Of a stretch of DNA of 57,850 bases, positions 27,701 to 34,805 are shown in pieces. Made by a program: the position numbers and the translations under genes. This stretch comes from Pirellulales bacterium (GTDB taxonomy: Bacteria > Planctomycetota > Planctomycetia > Pirellulales > UBA1268): assembly GCA_044337015.1 (NCBI GenBank), contig JBIIOJ010000001.1, positions 1 to 57,850 of the forward strand, given 5' to 3'. How positions within the stretch are numbered: the stretch's first letter is position 1; every line of letters starts with the position of its first letter. A model generated the notes under the pieces. It saw only the letters and a list, made by a program, of their open reading frames with translations, made no database searches and was not told the DNA's origin.

Positions 27701-28119
27701 CGATCGAGAAGCAACTCTTCATCAAGCGGATGACGAAGGCCGGACCCGAGCTCGTGCCGGTCAAGGCCGGCGCCGAGTCCAAGGTCGAACTCGGCGACGA
27801 ACTCGTCGTGCGGCTGGTCGTGAAGAGCGACCGCGACTACGAGTTCTTGGAGCTCGCCGACCATCGGCCAAGCATCACGGAGCCGGTGGACGTGCTCTCC
27901 GGCTGGCGGTATGGCGACGGGGCGGCCTGGTACGTGGCAATCCGCGATGCTTCAACGCAGATGTTCTTCGAGCGGCTGCCGCGGGGCACGCACGTCTTCG
28001 AGTATTCGCTGCGGGCGGCCCACCGGGGCACGGCGTCGAGCGGCTTCGCGAAGATCCAGAGCCGCTACGCCCCCGAGTTCAACGCCCACTCCGCGAGCGT
28101 GGGCCTAGACGTGAAGTGA
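21718..28119 (+). CDS. Giant alpha-2-macroglobulin-family protein (2133 aa), thioester motif absent
   Basis: The protein has an N-terminal signal/anchor and a helical N-domain (NWTWGYFQMNRWRYQQRT). MG-domain signatures (VEEYKRPKF, DTLTTWQFKGLAHD) and thioester-domain-like toroid motifs (GDGGWPWFPGG) follow, then a receptor-binding-like C-terminus. At the position of CxEQ the sequence reads LPSIMEQ (26440-26460), so there is no Cys. Confidence 0.85.
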   Translation: MHPREARPMPLRQRPAILELVMATARMPTASSRRIVALCGILSLLGGAFVVQAIGGDEKGPAPADRPAAWKAIQQALAEGKPKTAIEKLAGVEQAAITEKAWAEAARAIATRIFAETGDRPGDDPERVIRLAAAIEKAPAETRGVLEAIRANWTWGYFQMNRWRYQQRTQGGADSKDLTKLAEWDLPGIVAEIRKRFAVAVGAPGSPERAAIQKLPVAEWSAIIEKGTMADAYRPTVWDVIVRDAIEFASSGERGLVAPEDAFELVADSPVLGKPEEFLAWQPENDKAVTDSDSPLLDTIRLYRDLLAFHKLSLAKAEGADADRTAFLAADLDRIMWASGAVVATGEPGELFDRKEAALRAFVERAGDHETASLGRFHLASLVQQGDGQHDGAGDSGDPVEARKIALAGAEAHPKSPGGAMCKSLVVQIERRDLSLQTESTWAAPWPVIRVTYRNLAKVHLRLVKADFFARLKSGMPRSGWGGMNEAERKAILALPALKQLAADLPATDDYRRRHHDVPATALDAAGLEPGHYWVIASHRPDFGGQDNELSMEMVQLTNLAIVAEQNAVAAGGLAGHVVDVATGEPVAGATVKAFVRGDQGGPPPFNEAGTAKTDKDGRYELAVPQQKEVVVVATAELGGKRHTVATDSSYFWRNEQPSGFKSIVLVTDRGIHRPGQIVFYKGIACAGDRNKAEYRAVADREIVVTLRDANGREVAKATHKTNANGSFHGNFPIATGALPGQWSIQAQAQAQKSGNDGFGGGVGVRVEEYKRPKFLVKLAAPEKSPPLGGEVSLSGTATTYTGVAVSGAKVKWHVERQVRWPMWCRWFFPWLPFNAGSQRIARGTAVTDDAGKFTVTFTAKPDRTVPKESLPVFTFAVVADVTDTSGETRSDTRSVSVGYADVEVSVSTPEWQATGEGGKPAEVRLTVGTTTLDGQPREAAGTLTVSRLVQPAEVVRGDLFGGHGGPMPRPFRGRGRGVAPAGQRPIEPDPANPQTWAVGEVTFTQKVATDKATGKAEATASLPAGIYKAVFEIPAAGAVPAVKSEQVVEVVDPATERYGVKRAFVLKSAKQSAEPLSEFMALVGTGYGDGRALVEIAQAGKTLTRYWTEPGRTQWPVSLKVTDAHRGGFTVRAWMVRDGRLYSESRTIDVPWTNKRLAIEWERFTRRLEPGAKEIWRAKVKSVADPVAGPAAPVAAEFLALAYDQSLDALAQHAWPGSINMFRHESSWLNLAFTNRAEGFNYVLGHFDEPQVNVPPMTYRVLRDPFGSPAMGWGRGFGGGRGRLLAAGAAMDAAPTAAAMAAPAPMRKMAANRAADKPGEAEQLEEREAGDAQGPGGPAVPATAAPPPPRKNLVETAFFLPTLSSDKDGIVSIEFTLPDTLTTWQFKGLAHDAALRSGSIVDTCVSAKDLMVEPVMPRFLREGDVVQIPVKVSNTSTGRLSGTVKFALADARTDADRGGLIDGPRELPFDLAAGESKPVVFTVKVADGTETLRYLATGSAGKAADGEEAFIPVLPRKVLVSESVPVTIRGPGTRKVSLDRLAKTANTGVGTDIQSQSLVVQATSNPAWYAVLALPSIMEQADESTEALFTRLYANSLARHLATSDPRIGKIFEQWKGTAALESPLEKNADLVKTLLAETPWVRDAVDEQSARARIALLFDATRAENETQAALTRLASLRNGDGGWPWFPGGRTCDSVTLGIVAGFGRLRTAGAKIDVQPALQTIPWLDGRLVEEKRRAKQLWKDKQDEVVLTPLGVFALYARSFFTKDVPPQGEAAAAIQWAFDVARKCWTKLDSRLTQGQLSIALARSGDKKTAMSIIDSLKQRAVDANVKPGEEKESWQGMWWRDPHPGWWSWHYAPIASQSIMVEAFDEVAGDKDAVEALKVWLLSQKRTSQWRGSRATADAVGALLGRGDDLLASQEIVTVEVGGERVEPAKVEAGTGFFEERFTRREIRPEMANITVTKKDKGVAFGGVHWQYLDDISKVPAAGREELAIEKQLFIKRMTKAGPELVPVKAGAESKVELGDELVVRLVVKSDRDYEFLELADHRPSITEPVDVLSGWRYGDGAAWYVAIRDASTQMFFERLPRGTHVFEYSLRAAHRGTASSGFAKIQSRYAPEFNAHSASVGLDVK

Positions 28120-28173
28120 ATATGAGCGATCGATGGCTCGGTCTCGTTCCCGTTTTCCGTAAACGCATCACAA

Positions 28174-28352
28174 CCGGATGACGGCTTCGGCGTGCTCGAC
28201 AACCTCGTGGTCGAGCCGATGGTAAGAAAGGAGCCGGCGGGCTCGGAGCGCTCGGGCTCGAGGCTCGGCAGGTCGACATCCTCATGGGCACGCTCAGCAA
28301 GGCCTTCGGCAGCTGCGGCGGCTACGTCGCCGGCAGCCGGGACGCCATCGGC
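28174..28352 (+). pseudogene. Decayed fragment of an alpha-oxoamine synthase (BioF/Kbl/SPT-family PLP enzyme)
   Basis: One frame reads GGLGALGLEARQVDILMGTLSKAFGSCGGYVAGSRDAIG, which includes the GT(L/F)SKAxGxxGGY PLP-lysine block. About 90 nt upstream, a different frame reads DDGFGVLD, like the DEAHGxGVLG block. The piece has no start, contains an in-frame stop and a frameshift, and covers only ~60 of ~400 codons. Confidence 0.5.
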
Positions 28353-28411
28353 CGGGTAGCCGACGTGGTAGGATGCGGCCGCTTCGCGATCCCGCCTCGA
28401 GGGCCCCCGCC

Positions 28412-29734
28412 ATGAACGCCGCCGATCTGGCCGTGAAATCGCTCGGCCCCTGCCGGATCGATTCCCCCCTCAAGCCGCTCGTCGAGTCGCGTCGGACCGG
28501 GCCGCACTACGTCGGCGAGGACGACCGCGTCCTCTACCACGACACGCTCCATCTCGCGGCAGCCGCCGGGGTGCCGGTCGCGGAGCTTCCGGGCTTCGAG
28601 CCGGCCGGCCCGAGGCAGAAGATCTTCTTCGAGCCGGCGAAGATGCGGGTCGGGATCGTGACCTGCGGTGGCCTCTGCCCGGGCATCAACGACGTGATCC
28701 GCGGGCTCGTCATGGAGCTCTCGTTCCACTACGGCGTGCAGCGGATCCACGGCTTCAAGAACGGCTACCAGGGGTTCATCGCGAAGTACGGCCACGACGT
28801 CATCGACCTCACGCCCGACACCGTGACCGAGATCGACGAGGGGGGCGGCACGCTCCTGGGCACCTCCCGTGGCGGCCAGGACCCCGGAGAGATGGTCGAC
28901 TGCCTCGAGCGGATGAACATCTCGGTGCTGTTCGTGATCGGTGGCGACGGAACGCTCCGCGGCGCGATGCGGATCACCGGGGAGATCGCCGCGAGGGGGC
29001 TCAAGATCGCGGTCGTCGGCGTGCCGAAGACGATCGACAACGACATCCCCTACATCGACCAGAGTTTCGGGTTCCAGACCGCCTTCGGCCAGGCGACCGC
29101 CTCGATCCGCGCGGCGCACGTCGAGGCGAAGGCGGCCCCGAACGGCGTCGGCCTCGTGAAGCTCATGGGACGGCACTCGGGCTTCATCGCCTGCTACGCG
29201 TCGCTCGCCGAGCCCGACGCCAACTACGTCCTCATCCCGGAGGTCCCCTTCTCGCTCGACGGGCCCGGGGGCCTGCTCGACCACCTGCTCGACCGGGTCC
29301 GACGCCGGGGCCACGCCGTGATCGTCGCGGCCGAGGGGGCGGGGCAGGATCTCATGCCGCCTGCGGGCGACGCGCGCGATGCCTCGGGCAACCGGAAGCT
29401 CGGCGACATCGGGCTCTTCCTCAGGGATCGGATCGCCCACCACTTTTCCGCCAGCGGCACGGAGATCAACCTCAAGTACATCGACCCGAGCTACCTCATC
29501 CGCTCCGTCGAGGCCAACCCCTACGACAGCGTCTACTGCCTCCGGCTCGCGCAGAACGCCGTGCACGCCGCGATGGCGGGCCGCACGGAAATGGTCATCG
29601 GCCGCTGGCGGGGCCGATACGTCCACATACCGATGCCGCTGTCCGTGAGCCACCGCAACCAGGTCGCTCCCGATGGCGACCTCTGGCTGTCGGTGCTCGA
29701 GGCGACCGGCCAGCCCAGGATTTTTGGCGGGTGA
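28412..29734 (+). CDS. pfk: 6-phosphofructokinase (long PfkA-type; phosphoryl donor not assignable)
   Basis: Motifs are MRVGIVTCGGLCPGINDVIRG, GGDGTLRGA, GVPKTIDNDI, FGFQTA and MGRHSGFIA. GGDGT is ATP-type, whereas PKTIDND is the Lys form seen in PPi-type enzymes. I use the ATG at 28412 rather than the track start at 28373. Confidence 0.9.
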   Translation: MNAADLAVKSLGPCRIDSPLKPLVESRRTGPHYVGEDDRVLYHDTLHLAAAAGVPVAELPGFEPAGPRQKIFFEPAKMRVGIVTCGGLCPGINDVIRGLVMELSFHYGVQRIHGFKNGYQGFIAKYGHDVIDLTPDTVTEIDEGGGTLLGTSRGGQDPGEMVDCLERMNISVLFVIGGDGTLRGAMRITGEIAARGLKIAVVGVPKTIDNDIPYIDQSFGFQTAFGQATASIRAAHVEAKAAPNGVGLVKLMGRHSGFIACYASLAEPDANYVLIPEVPFSLDGPGGLLDHLLDRVRRRGHAVIVAAEGAGQDLMPPAGDARDASGNRKLGDIGLFLRDRIAHHFSASGTEINLKYIDPSYLIRSVEANPYDSVYCLRLAQNAVHAAMAGRTEMVIGRWRGRYVHIPMPLSVSHRNQVAPDGDLWLSVLEATGQPRIFGG

Positions 29735-31422
29735 CCGGCGTGGACGTCTGGCAGCACTCCTACGATCCGCTCGGCTCGCCGCTTGCTTCGACGCTCGCCG
29801 CGGTCGTTCCGCTGGTCGTGCTCCTCGGCCTGCTCGCCTTCCGCGGCTGGTCGGCCCACGCCGCCGCAGCGGCAGGCCTCGCGACGGCGCTTTCGATCGC
29901 CGTCGCCGTCTTCGGCATGCCGGCGGACGCCGCGATCGCCGCCGCGATCCACGGCGCCGCCTTCGGGCTCTTCCCGATCGGCTGGATCGTCGTGGCGGCG
30001 ATGTTCCTCTACCGGCTCTGCATCGAGGCCGGGGCGCTCGAGGTGATGAAGCGATCGGTCACGGGGCTCTCCGCCGACCATCGCCTGCAGGCGCTCCTCA
30101 TCGCCTTTTCTTTCGGGGCGTTCCTCGAGGGGGCTGCGGGGTTCGGCGCGCCGGTGGCGATCTCCGCCGCACTCCTGGCGGCGGCGGGATTTCCGGCGGT
30201 CGAGAGCGCATGCATCGCCCTGCTTGCGAACACGGCGCCGGTCGCCTTCGGCGCCCTCGGCACACCGATCGTGACGCTCGCGAAGGTCACCGGCCTCGAC
30301 GAGCACGCGATCTCGATGATGGCGGGCAGGCAGCTGCCATTCTTCTCGCTCGTCGTGCCCGCCTGGATGGTCGTGGCAATGGCCGGCTGGCGGGGGCTCG
30401 TCGGGGTCTGGCCGGCCGTGCTCGTGTGTGGCGGGTCGTTCGCGGCCGCCCAGTTCGTGATGGCGAACTTCGTCGGCGCGGCGCTCGTCGACGTGGTGGG
30501 GGGGATCACGAGCCTGCTTGCGCTCGCGGCATTCCTGCACGCGTGGAAGCCGAGGACGATCTGGCGGCACGGCCATGCGGTCGCTGCCGCCGAATCGGAA
30601 ACAACGGCCTCCGACCCGCTCCGCACGGTGGCGTGGGCATGGGCCCCGTGGGCAGCACTCTCGCTTGCGGTCTTCCTCTGGGGCCTGCCACCGGTGAAGG
30701 CGATGCTCGAGGGCCGATCACCGCCGGGAATCGCCGTGGCATCGGTGCTGCCCCAGGGAATCGTGGCGCCGGAGTATCCCGTGCCGAGGCTCGACGGCAG
30801 GATCGCGAAGGTGCCGCCGGCGAGCCGCGAATCGTTCGAGATCGAGCGGGCGGTCTACCGGCTCAACTGGCTCTCGGCGGCGGGCACGGGCATCCTCGCC
30901 GCGGCGATTGCTTCGATCCCATGGCTTGGCATCCCGTGGCGGCGGGCCTGGGCGATCTGGCTGGAAACCCTGCGGAGCCTCTCGGGGTCGCTCGTCACGA
31001 TCGCCGCCATGCTCGCGCTCGCCTTCGTGACCCGCTACTCCGGCACGGACGTCACGCTCGGCCTCGCGATGACCCGCACCGGCCCCGCCTATCCGTTCTT
31101 CTCGGCGATGCTCGGCTGGCTCGGCGTCGCGCTCACCGGCAGCGACACGTCGAGCAACGCGATGTTCGGCAGCCTCCAACGGGTCACGGCGGAGCAGCTC
31201 GGCCTCGACCCGCTCCTCCTCTGCACGGCCAACAGCACCGGCGGTGTGATGGGGAAGATGATCGATGCGCAGAGCATCGTCGTCTCGGCCACGGCGACGG
31301 GCACGCACCGTCAGGAGGGGCTCATCCTCCGCCGGGTCTTCCCGCACTCGCTCGCGCTCGCGGCCCTCATGGGCCTGCTCGTCTGGCTGCAGGCCGGCCC
31401 GCTGGCATGGATGGTGCCGTGA
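29731..31422 (+). CDS. lctP: L-lactate permease (LctP family)
   Basis: The 563-aa polytopic product shows N-terminal WQHSYDPLGS...LSALVAAVP-like and FGLFPIGWIV blocks typical of LctP/GlcA. Its GTG start overlaps the pfk stop (GTGA). Confidence 0.9.
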   Translation: MTGVDVWQHSYDPLGSPLASTLAAVVPLVVLLGLLAFRGWSAHAAAAAGLATALSIAVAVFGMPADAAIAAAIHGAAFGLFPIGWIVVAAMFLYRLCIEAGALEVMKRSVTGLSADHRLQALLIAFSFGAFLEGAAGFGAPVAISAALLAAAGFPAVESACIALLANTAPVAFGALGTPIVTLAKVTGLDEHAISMMAGRQLPFFSLVVPAWMVVAMAGWRGLVGVWPAVLVCGGSFAAAQFVMANFVGAALVDVVGGITSLLALAAFLHAWKPRTIWRHGHAVAAAESETTASDPLRTVAWAWAPWAALSLAVFLWGLPPVKAMLEGRSPPGIAVASVLPQGIVAPEYPVPRLDGRIAKVPPASRESFEIERAVYRLNWLSAAGTGILAAAIASIPWLGIPWRRAWAIWLETLRSLSGSLVTIAAMLALAFVTRYSGTDVTLGLAMTRTGPAYPFFSAMLGWLGVALTGSDTSSNAMFGSLQRVTAEQLGLDPLLLCTANSTGGVMGKMIDAQSIVVSATATGTHRQEGLILRRVFPHSLALAALMGLLVWLQAGPLAWMVP

Positions 31423-31432
31423 CGGACGGCTG

Positions 31433-32230
31433 TTACGACACCGTCTCGAAGCCATCCACCGCGAGCCTCGCGAGCGAGCCCTCGGTGAGGTTCGCCTGCC
31501 CCGAGAAGGAGTCGTCGCCCGGGCCGCCGACAACGCGGCTACGGTCTTTCGAAAGCGAAAGCGTGCCCGCGCCGATCGTCAGCGTGTCGCGACCGAATCC
31601 GAGTGAGAGCAGGAGCGAGTCGAAGGAGACGGCGGAGGTCGCGGCGATCGACACCGTATCCTCACCGATAGAGGTGTTCACGCCCACGCGGCGGGCGGTG
31701 ACGCCGTCGATCGCGACCGAGTCGTTCCCGGCGCCGGTTTCCACGATGAGCGGCCCGGCCACGGTCACGTCGGTGATCGACACGATGTCGCCGTCGGCAC
31801 TCGAGTCGCCATTGCCGGTCGAGATCGAGAGCTGCCCGCCGATCCGGGCAGACGACACCGAGACCCGATCGGCCCCCGGTCCGGAGAACACGAAGAGCCG
31901 TGACGCGGTCACGACGTCGGCGAGGCCCGTGACCGACACGGCATCGTTGCCGCGGCCGAGTTGCATCGTGATCGTCTTCGTAATCCCACCGAGGGTCACC
32001 GGACCGGTCATCGGGACGTCGTCGAGCCTGAACGACTCGCCGGCATTGCCGACGATGGAAAACTCACCGACCGCGGTCTGCACGATCGAGATGTCGTTGG
32101 AGGCCGTATCGCCGACGATCCGCAGGTTGCCGTCGGAGACGAAAAGGCCGACGTCGCCGGCCATTGCGAGCCGCGATTCGAGAGGCTCCATGCCGAGCGT
32201 TCGCCGACCACCGCGCCGAACCATGTTCAT
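31433..32230 (-). CDS. Secreted repeat (beta-helix-like) protein with N-terminal LESR motif
   Basis: The 265-aa product starts MNMVRRGGRRTLGMEPLESRLAMAGD. Degenerate ~20-aa G/D/V/S-rich repeats follow (GNDAVSVTG, GADRVSVSS, GNDSVAIDG, GEDTVSIAA). This N-terminal motif is one I recognise from many planctomycete extracellular proteins. Confidence 0.65.
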   Translation of the reverse strand: MNMVRRGGRRTLGMEPLESRLAMAGDVGLFVSDGNLRIVGDTASNDISIVQTAVGEFSIVGNAGESFRLDDVPMTGPVTLGGITKTITMQLGRGNDAVSVTGLADVVTASRLFVFSGPGADRVSVSSARIGGQLSISTGNGDSSADGDIVSITDVTVAGPLIVETGAGNDSVAIDGVTARRVGVNTSIGEDTVSIAATSAVSFDSLLLSLGFGRDTLTIGAGTLSLSKDRSRVVGGPGDDSFSGQANLTEGSLARLAVDGFETVS

Positions 32231-32367
32231 ATCTCGTTCCTCCGTGCCCCGGTCCCACCGACTCGGCCTCTATCGACCGATTCACCACTTCAATGCATGC
32301 AACGCGGTGACATGCGAAAGGCTTCCCCTGGTTCGAGCGGTGGAAGCAGGCGGACTTTGACGAACGC

Positions 32368-34131
32368 TCAAGAAACCGGGTTTGCCACGACCGGGCCGGC
32401 GGAAGGCCGGGGGCTCTGGGGGAACTGAAGGGCGCGGATCGCCTCGACGAGCATCATCGCCGCAAGCGCGAGGAGCACGAGCCCGGCCCACGGCACGGGA
32501 TCGGCAGGAAGAGCGAAGCCGGAAGCGGTCACGAACCGCGGCCAGGTCATCGTCACGAGCGCCCAGGTGCTCATGACGTACATGAGCGCCGTCGGCAGGC
32601 CGACGACCGGCCAGATCCATGACGCGTTTCTTCGCGTCCTCGCGAGCCAGACGAGCACGCCGAGGAGCGTGAGCGCGGCAAGCAACTGGTTGCTCGCGCC
32701 GAAGAGTCCCCAGAACATCCGCCACGCCGGAACCGGGCTGCCGTCGGCGGCCACCTGCGGCCGCAAAAGAAACAGCAGCGGTGCCCCGGCGGTGATCGCC
32801 GTGCCCAGCCACGCTCCAGCCCGGCCGGTCATGCCGGTGAGCTCCTGGATGATGTAGCGGCCGAGCCGGGTGCAGACGTCGAGCGTGTCGTAGACGAACG
32901 TCGTAAAGGCCATGAGGGCGAACGACACGCCCACCACCGCCGGGATGCCCAGGATCTCGAGAAACCGGCCCATCCCGAGGGCGTAGACGAAGTTCGGCGG
33001 CTGCGACACGAGCGAGCTGTCGGCGGGAAGCGTCATCACGCAGGCGAGGCTCACGATCGCGACCATCGCCTCGAGGAGCATCGTGCCGTATCCGATCGTC
33101 CTGGCGTCGGTCTCGCGGCGGAGCTGCTTGCTCGTCGTGCCGGAGGCGATGAGCGAATGGAATCCGGAGCAGGCGCCGCAGGCGATCGTGATGAAGATCA
33201 TGGGGACGAGGCTGCCCCCCTTCACCGTCTGCCAGCCGAGGAACGCGGGATAGACGACCGACGCATCACCGGCGACGAGCTTGTCGCTCACGACGAGCCC
33301 GATCGCGGCGCCAGCGAGTGCGACGTAGAGGAAGCAGCCGCCGAGGTGTCCACGGGGCTGCAGGAGCAGCCACATCGGCAGCATCGCCGCGACGAGGCAG
33401 TAGCCGAGCAGCAAGACGCCCCAGACCTTCTGTGCGGAGGCGTCCGCGATGCCGAGCGTCGCTCCAAGATCGAACGGGATCTTCTGGCCGCCCCAGATCG
33501 CAACGCCCACGAGCGGCAGGAAGACGGCCGTCGCGAGCCAGAGCGGCATCCTCGCGAACCGCATGGCGAGCCCCATGATCATGGGCAGGGCAAGGTAGAG
33601 CAGGCTCGACGTCGCGATGCCGCCGCCCGACACGCTCTCGCCGTTCTCGAGCAGCTGCCTGCCGACGAAGCTCGAGGCCGTGATGTCGGTGAACGCCACG
33701 ACGATGTAGACGAGCGCGATCCAGACGAACGACAGGAAGAGCACGTAGCTGCGGCGGTTCATGTGCTCGCGGACCACCTCCGCGATCGAGCGGGCCCCGT
33801 GGCGGACCGAGGCGACAAGCGCCGAGAAGTCGTGCACGCCGCCGACGAAGATGCTGCCGAGCAGGATCCACAGAAGCGCCGGCAGCCAGCCGAACGCCAC
33901 GCCGGCGAGGATCGGCCCGACGATCGGCCCGGCGGCCGCGATCGCCGAGAAGTGCTGCCCCAGCAATAGCTGCGGCGGGATCGGCGCGTAGTCCACGTCG
34001 TCGCGGAGGGCGACCGCCGGCGTCGTCGCGGCGGCATCGAGCCGGAAGAGCCTCGCAAGCAAGCTCCCGTAGACGCGGTAGGCGATCGCGAGCACGACGG
34101 CCGCGGGCACGAGGATGGCAAGCAGGCTCAT
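32368..34131 (-). CDS. cstA: Carbon starvation protein CstA (peptide/pyruvate transporter family)
   Basis: MSLLAILVPAAVVLAIAYRVYG...LLGQHFSAIAAAGPIVGPILA...GGVHDF is the canonical CstA N-terminus. I use the internal ATG at 34131. Confidence 0.9.
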   Translation of the reverse strand: MSLLAILVPAAVVLAIAYRVYGSLLARLFRLDAAATTPAVALRDDVDYAPIPPQLLLGQHFSAIAAAGPIVGPILAGVAFGWLPALLWILLGSIFVGGVHDFSALVASVRHGARSIAEVVREHMNRRSYVLFLSFVWIALVYIVVAFTDITASSFVGRQLLENGESVSGGGIATSSLLYLALPMIMGLAMRFARMPLWLATAVFLPLVGVAIWGGQKIPFDLGATLGIADASAQKVWGVLLLGYCLVAAMLPMWLLLQPRGHLGGCFLYVALAGAAIGLVVSDKLVAGDASVVYPAFLGWQTVKGGSLVPMIFITIACGACSGFHSLIASGTTSKQLRRETDARTIGYGTMLLEAMVAIVSLACVMTLPADSSLVSQPPNFVYALGMGRFLEILGIPAVVGVSFALMAFTTFVYDTLDVCTRLGRYIIQELTGMTGRAGAWLGTAITAGAPLLFLLRPQVAADGSPVPAWRMFWGLFGASNQLLAALTLLGVLVWLARTRRNASWIWPVVGLPTALMYVMSTWALVTMTWPRFVTASGFALPADPVPWAGLVLLALAAMMLVEAIRALQFPQSPRPSAGPVVANPVS

Positions 34132-34220
34132 GGAATCCTTCCGAAGGTGGGACGCTCCCGCGTGTTCTCGACGGCCGTTATCATGCCCTCTCGTCAGCCT
34201 CGAATCCAAGGAGCACGCCC

Positions 34221-34805
34221 GTGGCCAAGAAAAAAGCGAAAGACAAGTCGAAGCCGCCGAAGGCGGGCCGGATCATCCTGCGGACGGGCGAGGCGCTCGT
34301 GGAGGCCGATCCGGCCTGGAGCGCGGCGGAGCCCGAGGTCGTCATCGGCGAGCTCGACGGCCCGGTCGGCTACGCCATCGCGAACCTGCTCGGCGACCAG
34401 ACGAAGGGTCACTCGCGGGTGTTCGCGATTCTCAACTCCGACGTGCAGGTCCGTCCGGCGACGCTCATGGTGAGCAAGGTCACGGTGAACGACTCGAAGT
34501 ACACCAACATCCTCATGGGCACGGTGCAGGCCGCGATCGCCCACGGCGTGCTCGACGCCGTGCGGGCGGGTGACATCCCGAAGAAGAAGGCCAACGACCT
34601 CGGCATCATCGTGTCGGTCTGGCTCGACCCCTCGATCACCAAGGTCGACTACGATCCCGAAATCCTCTTCAACACCAACCGCGAGGCGACCGCGAAGGCG
34701 ATCCACAAGGCGATGCACCACGAGCCCTCGATCGACTGGCTGCTCGCCAATCAGGCGAAGGTGCCGCACTACTTCCACGATCTCGCCGTGAAGGGCGAGC
34801 TCTGA
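34221..34805 (+). CDS. fae: Formaldehyde-activating enzyme (Fae) family protein with Lys-rich N-terminal extension
   Basis: GEALVEADP..VVIGELDGPVGYAIANLL...RPATLMVSKVTVND...GTVQAAIAHGVLDAVRAGDIP...DLGIIVSVWL aligns block by block with Methylobacterium Fae as I remember it. AAGGAG at 34208-34213 lies 7 nt before GTG 34221. Confidence 0.8.
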   Translation: MAKKKAKDKSKPPKAGRIILRTGEALVEADPAWSAAEPEVVIGELDGPVGYAIANLLGDQTKGHSRVFAILNSDVQVRPATLMVSKVTVNDSKYTNILMGTVQAAIAHGVLDAVRAGDIPKKKANDLGIIVSVWLDPSITKVDYDPEILFNTNREATAKAIHKAMHHEPSIDWLLANQAKVPHYFHDLAVKGEL

